DNA of 64,000 nt from an uncultured Clostridia bacterium (GTDB taxonomy: Bacteria; Bacillota; Clostridia; Christensenellales; UBA1242): the NCBI GenBank assembly GCA_947589025.1, contig CANQAY010000004.1, forward strand, positions 32,430-96,429. The letters run 5' to 3'. The translations under genes and the position numbers were made by a program. Below the pieces are notes generated by a model. That model saw nothing but the letters and a program-made list of their open reading frames with translations. It did not search any database and was not told where the DNA came from. This document shows positions 30,669 through 40,487 of this stretch, piece after piece; position 1 is the stretch's first letter; every line of letters begins with the position of its first letter.

Positions 30669-31247
30669 ATGATTTATGCAGGAGATGTAAAAAAGGGTGT
30701 TATATTTGACGATGGCAAATCAACCGACCCAAAGCGCCCAAGTTTGCAACAGGTTATTGATTTCCAACACGTTAAGCCGGGCAAGGGTGCGGCTTTTGTT
30801 CGCATAACTAAAAAGGATTTATTAACCGGCAAGGTTTTGGAAGAAACTTACAACCCTTCAACCAAACTTAACGATGTTTCAATTGAAAGAAAAGAGATGA
30901 TGTATCTATATAACGATGGCTCATTGTATTATTTTATGGATAATGCCACTTATGAGCAAATTCCTTTTAACTACGAAACGGTTAAAGATGCGCTTAATTT
31001 TGTTGTAGAAAACACAAATTGCAACATTCAATTTTATAACGGCGTTCCAATTAGCGTAGAGCCACCAATTTTTGTGGAGTTGACTATTACTAAAACCGAG
31101 CCAGGCGTTAGGGGAGATACTGTTAAAACTGGCGGCAAACCAGCAACGCTTGAAACTGGTTATGTTATTCAAGTGCCTTTATTTGTTAATGAAGGTGACC
31201 GCGTTCGTGTTGACACCCGCACTGGCGAATATATGGAAAGGCTTTAA
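30669..31247 (+). CDS. efp: Elongation factor P
   Basis: [40 protein letters not shown]. Confidence 0.98.
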   Translation: MIYAGDVKKGVIFDDGKSTDPKRPSLQQVIDFQHVKPGKGAAFVRITKKDLLTGKVLEETYNPSTKLNDVSIERKEMMYLYNDGSLYYFMDNATYEQIPFNYETVKDALNFVVENTNCNIQFYNGVPISVEPPIFVELTITKTEPGVRGDTVKTGGKPATLETGYVIQVPLFVNEGDRVRVDTRTGEYMERL

Positions 31248-31275
31248 AAATTTAATATATTTTTGGCGAAATTTC

Positions 31276-31303
31276 GGTACTCTTGTAGTATCGATTTTTT
31301 TTT
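31276..31303 (+). terminator. Intrinsic terminator after efp
   Basis: CGGTACT-CTTGT-AGTATCG plus T run. Confidence 0.6.
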
Positions 31304-31304
31304 A

Positions 31305-31333
31305 TCATTTTAAAAATTTTAATTTAATAATTT
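31305..31333 (+). promoter_or_regulatory. Candidate sigma-E promoter of spoIIIA
   Basis: TCATTTT-N14-AATAATTT resembles the sigE consensus; spoIIIA is sigE-controlled in spore formers; ATG 5 nt downstream. Confidence 0.45.
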
Positions 31334-31338
31334 TTACT

Positions 31339-32244
31339 ATGTTAAAAGAATATTTGCCCCGAGACATTTACAACTTAATAATTAAAAATTTTAGCTTCAA
31401 TGACATAACCGAAATTAGAATGCGAGCTAACGAAAACATAATTATTGTTGTTAAAAACAAAAAATTTTATTTAAAGGATGATAACGGCAATTACATTAAA
31501 GCAAATGCTTTTTTAATTGAAAATTTTGTTAGACGCATAAGCGAAAATTCAATTTATGCTTACAACAACAGCATAATAAATGGCTACATAACTCTTCCTA
31601 GGGGAATAAGGGTTGGCCTTTGCGGTTTTGTTGTTAAAGAAGATAATAAAATTATTACCGTTAAAGAATTTCAGTCAGTTAACATAAGAATACCGCATTT
31701 TATTAAAAATTGCAGTTTAGCAGCATATGACTTTTTAGTTAAAGATAGTGAAGTTAAAAACACACTTATAATTTCCCCGCCCGGCAGCGGCAAAACAACA
31801 TTTTTAAGAGATTTCGTTTATCAACTTTATGCTCACAACATTTCTAACAATGTGTTAATTGCTGATGAGCGCAACGAAATTTGCTCGGTTGTAAAGGGTG
31901 AAGCTGGCGTAAATTTGGGCGGATTTTGTGACGTTTACACAAATTGCAGCAAAAAATTTGCATTTAAAAACGGCATAAGAAGTATGCGCCCGGATGTTAT
32001 TGTAACCGACGAATTAGATTTAGAGCAAGATTTACCGTACATTATTGAAACGATTAATTGCGGAGTTAATGTGGTTGCAACAATACACGCAAAAAACATT
32101 GAACAATTAAGCTTAAAACACGGTTTTGATAGCATTTTAAACAATAAATTGTTTTCAAGGTTTGTGGTGCTTTCAAGCGAAGAAGGTCCGGGCACACTAA
32201 ACAACATTTACGATGAAAAACTAAATTGCATTTATTGTAGGTAA
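31339..32244 (+). CDS. spoIIIAA: Stage III sporulation protein AA
   Basis: EIRMR, SIYAY...I.NGYITL..G.RVGLCG, SPPGSGKTTFLRD, DERNE, RSMRPDVIVTDE. Confidence 0.93.
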   Translation: MLKEYLPRDIYNLIIKNFSFNDITEIRMRANENIIIVVKNKKFYLKDDNGNYIKANAFLIENFVRRISENSIYAYNNSIINGYITLPRGIRVGLCGFVVKEDNKIITVKEFQSVNIRIPHFIKNCSLAAYDFLVKDSEVKNTLIISPPGSGKTTFLRDFVYQLYAHNISNNVLIADERNEICSVVKGEAGVNLGGFCDVYTNCSKKFAFKNGIRSMRPDVIVTDELDLEQDLPYIIETINCGVNVVATIHAKNIEQLSLKHGFDSILNNKLFSRFVVLSSEEGPGTLNNIYDEKLNCIYCR

Positions 32245-32247
32245 AAT

Positions 32248-32721
32248 ATGAAATGGTTGCTAATATCCACATTAATATGCGTTATTATGTTAATTGCATT
32301 TGCGTTAACCGAACAATATAAGGATAAGTTTGATTTTTACAACAATTTAAAGATATTTTTAAATCAATTTAAAATAAACCTATCGTTTAAGCAAGAAAAG
32401 GTTAACGAGTTTTTATCTAAAACCGAATGCAAAAAGCAATTTAAAATTTTTATTGACGAATATAAAAACTATCTCAAAACTGACAATTTATCATTTGAAA
32501 AAATTAAAATTTTAGAGCAAAATGAAAGGCTTCAGTTAGAAAACATTGTTAAATGCATTGGCAAATATAATGCCCAAAGCGAAATAGAACAACTGGATAG
32601 TTTTATTTTAGATATTGATGAAAAATTAAAAAAAGCAAATGAAGATAAAACAAAATTGTGCCCATTAATAATTAAATTGTCACTTCTTTTTGCAATAGGG
32701 CTTGCCATTTTATTAATTTAG
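32248..32721 (+). CDS. spoIIIAB: Stage III sporulation protein AB
   Basis: Terminal TM helices, size and position in the operon. Confidence 0.75.
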   Translation: MKWLLISTLICVIMLIAFALTEQYKDKFDFYNNLKIFLNQFKINLSFKQEKVNEFLSKTECKKQFKIFIDEYKNYLKTDNLSFEKIKILEQNERLQLENIVKCIGKYNAQSEIEQLDSFILDIDEKLKKANEDKTKLCPLIIKLSLLFAIGLAILLI

Positions 32722-32732
32722 GGAGGGGATAT

Positions 32733-32921
32733 ATGGAAATTATTTTCAAATTAGCAGGCATAGGCTTAGTTACATCAATTGTTAACCAAATATTAAAGTA
32801 TTGTGGCAAGGAAGAAATAGCTTCAATAACCACGCTAGCCGGCCTAATTATAAGTTTGTTAATGGTTATTAATTTAGTGCAAGATTTATTTAACACGGTA
32901 AAATCGTTATTTACACTTTAG
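32733..32921 (+). CDS. spoIIIAC: Stage III sporulation protein AC
   Basis: IFKLAGIG, GKEEIA..TTLAG, LF.TVKSLF. Confidence 0.93.
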   Translation: MEIIFKLAGIGLVTSIVNQILKYCGKEEIASITTLAGLIISLLMVINLVQDLFNTVKSLFTL

Positions 32922-32928
32922 GGTAGCT

Positions 32929-33315
32929 ATGGCAGTTTTGGTAAAAATTTTTGCGGTTGCCTTAATAACCGTTTTTGCAAACATATTGGTTAAACAATTT
33001 AAACCAGAAGTTGCCATGCTAATAACCATTGCGGGCAGCGTTTTAATAATTTTAATGGCGGTGGATAGCTTACACTCGCTAATTTCGTCATTTTATCACA
33101 TATTTGAATCTACTGGAGTGGAAACAACCCTTTTAACCCCGCTAATAAAAATAATTGCAATAGGCTATATTGCAGAATTTGGGGCAAACATTTGCACCGA
33201 TGCGGGTGCTTCTAGCATTGCAGATAAAATTTTATTTGTGGCAAAAATAATTATTTTATTAACTTCTTTGCCTATTATAACCACAGTGGTGGATATGGTG
33301 GTGGGGTTGCTATGA
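32929..33315 (+). CDS. spoIIIAD: Stage III sporulation protein AD
   Basis: KPEVA, KIIAIGYIAEFGA.IC.DAG.SSIA.KI. Confidence 0.93.
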   Translation: MAVLVKIFAVALITVFANILVKQFKPEVAMLITIAGSVLIILMAVDSLHSLISSFYHIFESTGVETTLLTPLIKIIAIGYIAEFGANICTDAGASSIADKILFVAKIIILLTSLPIITTVVDMVVGLL

Positions 33316-34529
33316 CATTGCAAAAACGAACACATTTAAACAAAATTACAATTATATTATTGGTTGTGTTAATTGTTGTTTTTTCTTGTTTATCTCCACT
33401 TAAAACGTTTTGCGAGTTAGATAGTTCAACTAAATTAAGTGAGCAACTTAACAATTCAGTAATAGAAGAATTAGGGCATATTGACTTTTCTGCTTTTAAT
33501 GAAGTTATTGTAGATTTAGATGCAAAAAACACCAACATCTTTTCAATAGATAACATTAAAAACAAAGTTTATTCAATAATAACAGGTGAAAATGCAATAT
33601 CTTATTCATCATTTTTTGCCAGTTTGCTTTCAATTTTTATAGATTTAATTATAAAATATTTGCCACTTTTGTCCGTTATAATTGCCATTGGGGTTATAGG
33701 CAATTTGTTAACTGGCATAAAAAGCAAATTTAATGAAAAATCTACTGCTAACCTCATACATCTAGTCTGTTTTTTGGCAGTTGTAATTTTGATGATTGGC
33801 ATGGTTAACAATCTTTCCAAAATAACAGCCAATTCGGTGGATAGCATGGTGGGGCAAATGAATATAGTTTTCCCAATTTTGCTTACATTAATGATTGGCA
33901 TTGGGGCAAAGGCAAGTGCAGGAGTGTTTCAACCTGTGGTGGCAATAATTTCTACTTATGTTGCAGATTTCTTTAAATATCTAATTGTTCCACTTTTTAT
34001 GGCAAGTTTTGTTTTTTCAATTATAACAAATTTATCCGACAACATTAAGCTAGATAAATTCAACAGCTTTATTTCAAGCCTTTTTAAATGGTCGGTTGGG
34101 TTAATTTTTACAATATTTTTTGCCACACTAACAATTCAAGGCATTTCGGCTGGCACATTTGATAGTTTAAGCATACGTACCACAAAATACACCATAAAAA
34201 GTTATGTGCCTATTATGGGCGGATATCTATCCGATGGCATGGACTTAATTTTATCTAGCAGCATTTTAATTAAAAATTCAATTGGCCTAGTTGGGGTGCT
34301 TATAATAATTTCTACAATAATTTCACCTTTGGTTGAAATAATTGTGTTTAGTTTAATGTTAAAACTGGTTTCGGCAATTTTGCAACCGATGAGTGACAAC
34401 AAAACATCTAACTTTTTAATGTCCAGTTCAAAATCAATAACAATGTTATCCTCATCAATAATTGCAATTGGCTTTATGTATTTAGTTTCAATGGGGCTAA
34501 TTATGACAACCTCTAACTTGGTGGTGTAA
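33312..34529 (+). CDS. spoIIIAE: Stage III sporulation protein AE
   Basis: Polytopic; PILLTL...G, FQP, VPIMGGYLSD, IKNSIG. Confidence 0.92.
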   Translation: MTLQKRTHLNKITIILLVVLIVVFSCLSPLKTFCELDSSTKLSEQLNNSVIEELGHIDFSAFNEVIVDLDAKNTNIFSIDNIKNKVYSIITGENAISYSSFFASLLSIFIDLIIKYLPLLSVIIAIGVIGNLLTGIKSKFNEKSTANLIHLVCFLAVVILMIGMVNNLSKITANSVDSMVGQMNIVFPILLTLMIGIGAKASAGVFQPVVAIISTYVADFFKYLIVPLFMASFVFSIITNLSDNIKLDKFNSFISSLFKWSVGLIFTIFFATLTIQGISAGTFDSLSIRTTKYTIKSYVPIMGGYLSDGMDLILSSSILIKNSIGLVGVLIIISTIISPLVEIIVFSLMLKLVSAILQPMSDNKTSNFLMSSSKSITMLSSSIIAIGFMYLVSMGLIMTTSNLVV

Positions 34530-34530
34530 T

Positions 34531-35004
34531 ATGGCAGCATACATTTTAAGTGTTTTAGGCATTGTTGTGGCAGGCATTATTATAGATGTTATTATTCCAT
34601 CAGGCAGCATAAATAAATATATTAAAAGCATTTATGCCATATTTGTGGTGGCGGTGCTAATAAGCCCAATAATAAATTTTTTAAATAAAAATCAGGGCTT
34701 TAATTTTAAAGTGGATAATTATGAAATTAATGAAAGCTTAATTAATTATATAAATAAACAAAAAGTATCCGAACTAGAAGACAGCATAAAAACGCATTTA
34801 AATAACGAAGGATTTAGCAATGTCGACATAAAAATCGATTTTGTTTTAAAAAATAACGAATTGGCATTAAATTCTTGCACGGTAAATTTAAAAAATTTGG
34901 CAATAAGTTCGGACAAGCAACATATAAATAAATATGAATTCATTAGAAAAGTTGTGAAGGAATATACAAATTTGACAGATGAGGGGATATTGTTCGATGA
35001 GTGA
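34531..35004 (+). CDS. spoIIIAF: Stage III sporulation protein AF
   Basis: IDVIIPSG...KYI...F.V...ISPI; operon position. Confidence 0.85.
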   Translation: MAAYILSVLGIVVAGIIIDVIIPSGSINKYIKSIYAIFVVAVLISPIINFLNKNQGFNFKVDNYEINESLINYINKQKVSELEDSIKTHLNNEGFSNVDIKIDFVLKNNELALNSCTVNLKNLAISSDKQHINKYEFIRKVVKEYTNLTDEGILFDE

Positions 35005-35437
35005 AGAAAAAAAAACTTTTAAATGGCTGGAAAAATTAAAAAAAGTTAAGCATATCGAAATTTATATCGCCATATTATTTATTGTAATTTTGCTGTTAAT
35101 TTACATGTCAAACTTTGGCAAAAACAAAAATTCTAACACAACCACAACAAATGAATTGTCAATTACTGCTTATGTGGACAAGCTTGAAAGCGACTTAGAA
35201 GATATACTATCTAACATAGGAGGTGTATCAAATGTTAAAGTTATGATAACTTTAGATATTAAGCAAACTCAGGTGGTGGACTCCCAAATTAATTTAAATG
35301 AATTTCCGCCCATAAAGGGGGTTATTGTTACCGCAAAAGGCGTTAACGACACCGCCACAAAACTTAAAGTTTTGCACGCAATTGAAGCCGTTATTGACAT
35401 TACAAATGGAAACATAGAGATATTATCAAGTGATTAG
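34997..35437 (+). CDS. spoIIIAG: Stage III sporulation protein AG
   Basis: Y...LE.DL..ILS.I.GV..VKVMITL, P.IKGVIV.A.G. Confidence 0.88.
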   Translation: MSEEKKTFKWLEKLKKVKHIEIYIAILFIVILLLIYMSNFGKNKNSNTTTTNELSITAYVDKLESDLEDILSNIGGVSNVKVMITLDIKQTQVVDSQINLNEFPPIKGVIVTAKGVNDTATKLKVLHAIEAVIDITNGNIEILSSD

Positions 35438-35446
35438 GAGGTTAAA

Positions 35447-35932
35447 ATGAAAAATATGTCTAAGAAAAAGAAAATTATTATTTTATCAGTTATGATTGCT
35501 TTGTTGTTAATCACCGGTTATGTTAATGTGGCATTAAATAGCACCATAGCAAGCGGCGCAACAACCACAACAAGCACAACCACAGCCAATTTTTATTCCA
35601 CATATAGAACTCAGCGTGATGCCACCCGTGCACAAGAAGTTCAATTTTACGATTCTATTATTCAAAGTTCAGCAAGCAGTGCCGAAGCTAAATTAGAAGC
35701 AGAAGCCGGCAAACTTGCACTTGTAAAACAAATGGAATTAGAGCTTATAACCGAAGGCATCATTCGTGGAAAGGGTTTTTCAGATGCTGTTATAACCACT
35801 TCAAGCGCCAATATTAACGTTTTTGTTAAGTGTTCCGAGTTAACTAAAGACGAAGTTACACAAATTGTTTCAGTTGTTTGCAAACAATTTGGGGTGGAGA
35901 ATGATAAAGTTATAATTATCCCTTCAGAATAA
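35447..35932 (+). CDS. spoIIIAH: Stage III sporulation protein AH
   Basis: N-terminal TM, YR..RD..R, E.II..KGF.DAV, QIVSVV. Confidence 0.88.
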   Translation: MKNMSKKKKIIILSVMIALLLITGYVNVALNSTIASGATTTTSTTTANFYSTYRTQRDATRAQEVQFYDSIIQSSASSAEAKLEAEAGKLALVKQMELELITEGIIRGKGFSDAVITTSSANINVFVKCSELTKDEVTQIVSVVCKQFGVENDKVIIIPSE

Positions 35933-35978
35933 TTGCCAAATAAAAATTTTTGTGATATAATACCACTAAGAGGGAATT

Positions 35979-36323
35979 ATGGCAAAAATAAAAAAAGTTA
36001 ATGACGATACCACTTATATAAATAAATCCATGGTGGTTTCAATTGTTAGTTTGGCAACTAAAGAAATTCAAGGTGTGGTTGATGTTTATCAGCCAACCAA
36101 ACTAACATTAAGGCGCTTGTTTAATAGAAACATTGGCAAAGGTGTTAGGGTTAAATACACAAACTCTGGCATTATAATAGATATTTATGTTGTTGTTACA
36201 ACAGATTCTGAAGTAAGTGATATTGTTTATCGCATTCAACAGAATGTTAAAAACAGCATAACTTCGGTTTTGCCAATAAAAATTAAAGCCATTAATGTTT
36301 ATGTAATGGATGCAAAAAAATAA
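35979..36323 (+). CDS. Asp23/Gls24 family protein (YqhY-like)
   Basis: VVSIV.LA.KEI.GV, KGVRV, IQ.NVK.SI, INVYV; upstream of nusB. Confidence 0.85.
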   Translation: MAKIKKVNDDTTYINKSMVVSIVSLATKEIQGVVDVYQPTKLTLRRLFNRNIGKGVRVKYTNSGIIIDIYVVVTTDSEVSDIVYRIQQNVKNSITSVLPIKIKAINVYVMDAKK

Positions 36324-36349
36324 ATTCTCTCTCGGATGAGAGAGTTTTT
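36323..36349 (+). terminator. Terminator-like hairpin between asp23 and nusB
   Basis: AAATTCTCTCTC-GGAT-GAGAGAGTTTTT. Confidence 0.65.
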
Positions 36350-36365
36350 CTGTTTAGGAGCACAT

Positions 36366-36734
36366 ATGAAACGTACAGAAGCAAGGGAACTTGCATTTAA
36401 AACTATTTACTCTAAATTTTTTAACCCAACTGAGGAAGATATTTTTGCAAAGGCGGACGCGGATGGGCTTACTTTTGTTAGTGAAGTTTTAAAAAATTTT
36501 GCAGCGCATTATTCCGAAATTAATGATTTAATATCTGCAAATTTAAAGGGCTATACTATAAATAGGGTAAATAAGGTGGACCTTGCCATAATAATTGAAG
36601 CCATTATTGAATTTAACTATTTAAAAACCCCCAAAGAGGTTATTATTAACGAAGCAGTAGAGCTTTCTAAAAAATATTCAACTGAAAAAAGCCCTAAATT
36701 TATAAATGGCCTTTTAAAAGATTTAATTAAATGA
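36366..36734 (+). CDS. nusB: Transcription antitermination factor NusB
   Basis: R..ARE.A, R...VDLAI, P..VIINEAVELSKKYS, FING.L. Confidence 0.95.
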   Translation: MKRTEARELAFKTIYSKFFNPTEEDIFAKADADGLTFVSEVLKNFAAHYSEINDLISANLKGYTINRVNKVDLAIIIEAIIEFNYLKTPKEVIINEAVELSKKYSTEKSPKFINGLLKDLIK

Positions 36735-37906
36735 AAACTTACACCGTATCGGCAATAAATAAAATAATTAAGGATTTAATTGACAATGAAGTAATTTTGG
36801 AAGATATTACTGTTACTGGCGAATTGTCTAGTTTTTCCATAACAAGAAATATTGCATATTTTACACTTAAGGATAACGACGATTTGCTTTCTTGCGTTCA
36901 ATTTAACGCCAAAACGCCATTTAATATTGGAGATTTAGTTCAAGTAAGGGGCAATATAAAATACTATCCCAAGGGCGGCAAGTTAACCTTTAACGCGCTG
37001 AGTATGGAGCTTTGCGGGCAGGGTGAATTGTATAAACAGTTCCTAAATTTAAAAGCCAAACTAGAATTAGAAGGCTTGTTTGATGAGCAACATAAAATAC
37101 CTTTACCCAGATTTATTAACTCAATTGGCGTTGTTACAAGCAAAACTGGCGCCGTGCTGCAAGATATTAGAAATGTAACCTCTAGGCGCAACCCCAATTT
37201 GGATATTTATGTTTACGATGCCCAAGTGCAAGGGAAGATGGCAGTTAACGATGTAATTCAGGGAATAACTTATTTTGACAATTTATCCGATGTTGACGTT
37301 ATAATTGTGGCACGAGGTGGCGGCAGTATTGAAGATTTATCCGCATTTAATGATGAGGAACTTGCCCGTGTTGCTTTTATATGTAATAAGCCGCTAATAA
37401 GCGCAGTGGGGCATGAAACCGACTTTTCTATATTAGATTTTGTTGCAGATCTTCGCGCTCCAACCCCAAGCGCGGCCGCCGAAATTGTAACATTTGATAG
37501 GGCAGAATTAAAAAGATATGTGAATGAGCTAGTTATTCGCATGGAAAAATCAATTAATGATAACATCGCCGAGTTGGAAAATGATGTTAATATGCACGCG
37601 TTAAACATAGAGAATAATATTACATCTGCTGTAAATGACGAAATTTTGTATATAAACAACCTGCTTAATGATATAGAAAAAAACATAGAAGGTCAAATAG
37701 TTGATACAACATTTAGAGTAAATATGGCATTAAATACACTAGATAAACTTAACCCCGTTAAATTATTGCAGTCAGGATATTCATACGCGTCCGTAAATGG
37801 CCAGCCGGTTAACTATAACAATGCACGTCTGCACGACACATTAAAAATTGTTGCTTCGGATATTGTTATTAAAGCAGAGATAAAAGAAAAGGAGAAAAGA
37901 GAATGA
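36731..37906 (+). CDS. xseA: Exodeoxyribonuclease VII large subunit
   Basis: GELS, YFTLKD, IGVVTS.TGAV..D, ARGGGSIEDL, SAVGHETD, APTPSAAAE. Confidence 0.97.
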   Translation: MKTYTVSAINKIIKDLIDNEVILEDITVTGELSSFSITRNIAYFTLKDNDDLLSCVQFNAKTPFNIGDLVQVRGNIKYYPKGGKLTFNALSMELCGQGELYKQFLNLKAKLELEGLFDEQHKIPLPRFINSIGVVTSKTGAVLQDIRNVTSRRNPNLDIYVYDAQVQGKMAVNDVIQGITYFDNLSDVDVIIVARGGGSIEDLSAFNDEELARVAFICNKPLISAVGHETDFSILDFVADLRAPTPSAAAEIVTFDRAELKRYVNELVIRMEKSINDNIAELENDVNMHALNIENNITSAVNDEILYINNLLNDIEKNIEGQIVDTTFRVNMALNTLDKLNPVKLLQSGYSYASVNGQPVNYNNARLHDTLKIVASDIVIKAEIKEKEKRE

Positions 37907-38109
37907 TAGAGCAAAACATTAAAAGGCTTGAAGAAATTGCAAAAAAAATTGAACAAGGCGTAAGCCTAGATGAAAGCTTACAATTGTATGAAGAGGGCTG
38001 TAAGCTTGCCAAATTAAGTTTAACCGAGCTTGAAAAAGCAAAGGGCAAAATTTTAATGGTTAAAAAAGAATTGAACAAAAAAGATAAAAGCGAGGCAAAC
38101 AATGGCTAA
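37903..38109 (+). CDS. xseB: Exodeoxyribonuclease VII small subunit
   Basis: RLEEI..KIE..VSLDESL.LYEEG. Confidence 0.93.
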   Translation: MIEQNIKRLEEIAKKIEQGVSLDESLQLYEEGCKLAKLSLTELEKAKGKILMVKKELNKKDKSEANNG

Positions 38110-39526
38110 GGAATTTGTAAATGAAATAACCGATATGCACACCGATTTTGCGCAATGGTATACTGACGTTGTGCTTAAAACCGAAATGGTGGATTACGGC
38201 CCAGTTAAAGGCACAATGGTAATTCGCCCTTATGGATACGCTGTTTGGGAAAATATTCAGCATTATTTTGATAACGAATTTAAAAAAGTTGGCGTTCAAA
38301 ATGCCTATTTCCCAATGTTTATCCCTGAAAGTTTTTTAAAAAGGGAGGCTGAACATGTTGAAGGCTTTGCACCCGAAGTTGCCGTTGTAACATATGCTGG
38401 CGGGCAAGATTTGGCAGAAAAATTAATTGTTAGGCCAACAAGCGAAACTATAATATGCGAAATGTTTGCAAAATGGGTTAAATCGTATAGAGATTTGCCT
38501 TTAAAAATAAACCAGTGGTGCAATGTGGTTAGATGGGAAAAAACAACCCGCCCATTTTTAAGAACTAGTGAATTTTTGTGGCAAGAGGGTCACACTGCCC
38601 AAGCAAGCATGCAAGATGCTGAAAACGATGCCCAAACCATGCTAAAAATTTATGAAAAAGGGTTAAGGGAATTGCTTGCCATACCTACTATAACCGGGCA
38701 AAAAACGGAAAATGAAAAATTTGCCGGTGCGGTTAACACTTATAGCTTAGAAGCGGTTATGAAAGATGGCAAATGTTTACAATCGGGCACCACACACAAT
38801 ATGGGGCAAAATTTTGCCAAGGCAAGCGATATAAAATTTTTAAATAAAGATGAAAAATTAGAATACGCATATTCTTCAAGTTGGGGCGTAAGCACCCGTC
38901 TAATTGGCGCACTTGTTATGGTGCATGGTGACGAACGCGGCATGAGAATGCCACCAAATGTGGCACCAATTCAGGTTGTTATCATTCCAATTGCTAGCAA
39001 GGCTGCTGGCGTAATTGAAAAATGCAACGAAGTGGCAGAAATTCTTACAAATAATGGCTTTAGAGTTAAAGTGGATAATTCTAATAACACCCCGGGATGG
39101 AAATTTAATGAATATGAAATGAAGGGTGTGCCTTTACGCCTTGAAATTGGCCCACGAGACATTGAAAATGACGTTGCCACGGCAGTAAGACGCGACACCC
39201 ACGAAAAAACACAACTTAACTTAAAAAACATTGAAAATGAAGTTAAAGCTATGCTTAATAGCATTCAAAATAATATGTTTAATCAGGCAGCAGAAACTCT
39301 TAAAAACGCCATTGTTGAAACTGATGATTTTAGCACACTTGTAAATGAAGTTAACAACGGCAAAGTGGCGTTAGCTTATCATTGTGGCAACAGCAAATGT
39401 GAAACCGAAATTAAAGATAAAACCACCATCAAAACTAGGGTAATTCAGTCATTAGACGACAAACATAAATGCATTTATTGCGGCAAAAAAAGCAAATATA
39501 GAGTTTATTTTGGCAAACAATATTAA
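38102..39526 (+). CDS. proS: Prolyl-tRNA synthetase (archaeal/eukaryotic type)
   Basis: DFAQWY, EHVEGFAPE, RPTSET, FLRTSEFLWQEGHT, SWGVSTR, C-terminal F...Y. Confidence 0.97.
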   Translation: MAKEFVNEITDMHTDFAQWYTDVVLKTEMVDYGPVKGTMVIRPYGYAVWENIQHYFDNEFKKVGVQNAYFPMFIPESFLKREAEHVEGFAPEVAVVTYAGGQDLAEKLIVRPTSETIICEMFAKWVKSYRDLPLKINQWCNVVRWEKTTRPFLRTSEFLWQEGHTAQASMQDAENDAQTMLKIYEKGLRELLAIPTITGQKTENEKFAGAVNTYSLEAVMKDGKCLQSGTTHNMGQNFAKASDIKFLNKDEKLEYAYSSSWGVSTRLIGALVMVHGDERGMRMPPNVAPIQVVIIPIASKAAGVIEKCNEVAEILTNNGFRVKVDNSNNTPGWKFNEYEMKGVPLRLEIGPRDIENDVATAVRRDTHEKTQLNLKNIENEVKAMLNSIQNNMFNQAAETLKNAIVETDDFSTLVNEVNNGKVALAYHCGNSKCETEIKDKTTIKTRVIQSLDDKHKCIYCGKKSKYRVYFGKQY

Positions 39527-39599
39527 TTTTTAACTAGCTATTTACAAATTTAAAAAAATATGTTAATCTTAATAAATAAAATTTCATATTTATATTTAG

Positions 39600-40292
39600 A
39601 TGAGCATAATAACAAAACTTAAAACCATTTCCGAACGGAAATATATTATTGTTATGGGCAAGTTGGCTTTTATAAAAAACTTGCTTTATTTTGCTTTTAA
39701 AGTTACAGTTGGGTTTTTAACACATTCGCTTTTCCTTATTGCAATTGCAATTTATTCTGCCTTCATTGGCATTGTTAAAAACAATTGTTCAAGGGGGCTA
39801 AAAAAGAATAAAGATACTCTTCGTGATATTTATTCTTACATACGCGGCGGTGCCATCCTTGCCAGTTCAAGTATAATGTATATAATTTATTCTATATTTC
39901 AAATTTTTTATCCAACCAACTCACAATATCATATGGTTTTGGCCATTGCAATTGCAACCTTTGCCACATTTGCCATAACAATTTCCATAATTGGCGTTGT
40001 TAAAGCAAAGGGCAAAACAATGCTTATAAAAGAGTATAGGCTAACCAATTTGGCAACGGCTTTTAATAACATTGTGCTTGCCCAAATCGCCATATTGTCA
40101 TTTACAAACCCAGACGGTCAGTTGGCATTATATAACGGCTTAAGTGGTGTAGCTGTTGGCATAATAGTACTAGGCATTGGGCTTTATTTATTAATAGATG
40201 GAATATTGAAAAAGAAAAAATACTATCAATTAATAAAAAAATATCCAGATTTCTTTAATCACCCAGTGTTTAATAACAATTCAACAAAATAA
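39600..40292 (+). CDS. Hypothetical membrane protein
   Basis: About 6 hydrophobic segments; followed by terminator AAGTGTC-TTCA-GGCACTTTTT. Confidence 0.7.
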   Translation: MSIITKLKTISERKYIIVMGKLAFIKNLLYFAFKVTVGFLTHSLFLIAIAIYSAFIGIVKNNCSRGLKKNKDTLRDIYSYIRGGAILASSSIMYIIYSIFQIFYPTNSQYHMVLAIAIATFATFAITISIIGVVKAKGKTMLIKEYRLTNLATAFNNIVLAQIAILSFTNPDGQLALYNGLSGVAVGIIVLGIGLYLLIDGILKKKKYYQLIKKYPDFFNHPVFNNNSTK

Positions 40293-40387
40293 GTGTCTTC
40301 AGGCACTTTTTTAGTTTATTTTTAACAAAATTATAAAATACACTTGATAATTATAAATAATTATGTTATATTATAGAAGTCAATCGT

Positions 40388-40462
40388 GGCTCTATAGTCT
40401 AGAGGTTAGGACGCGACCCTCTCACGGTTGAGACTGGGGTTCGATTCCCCATAGGGCTACCA
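40388..40462 (+). tRNA. tRNA-Glu (anticodon CUC)
   Basis: Acceptor GGCTCTA/TAGGGCT, anticodon arm CGACC-CTCTCAC-GGTTG, T arm TGGGG-TTCGATT-CCCCA, encoded ACCA end. Confidence 0.95.
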
Positions 40463-40487
40463 TAATTATAAAGCAGTATGGAGTTGT

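Noticed and set aside
38102-39526. Archaeal/eukaryotic-type ProRS as recent horizontal transfer
   Set aside because: This type is widespread in Clostridia
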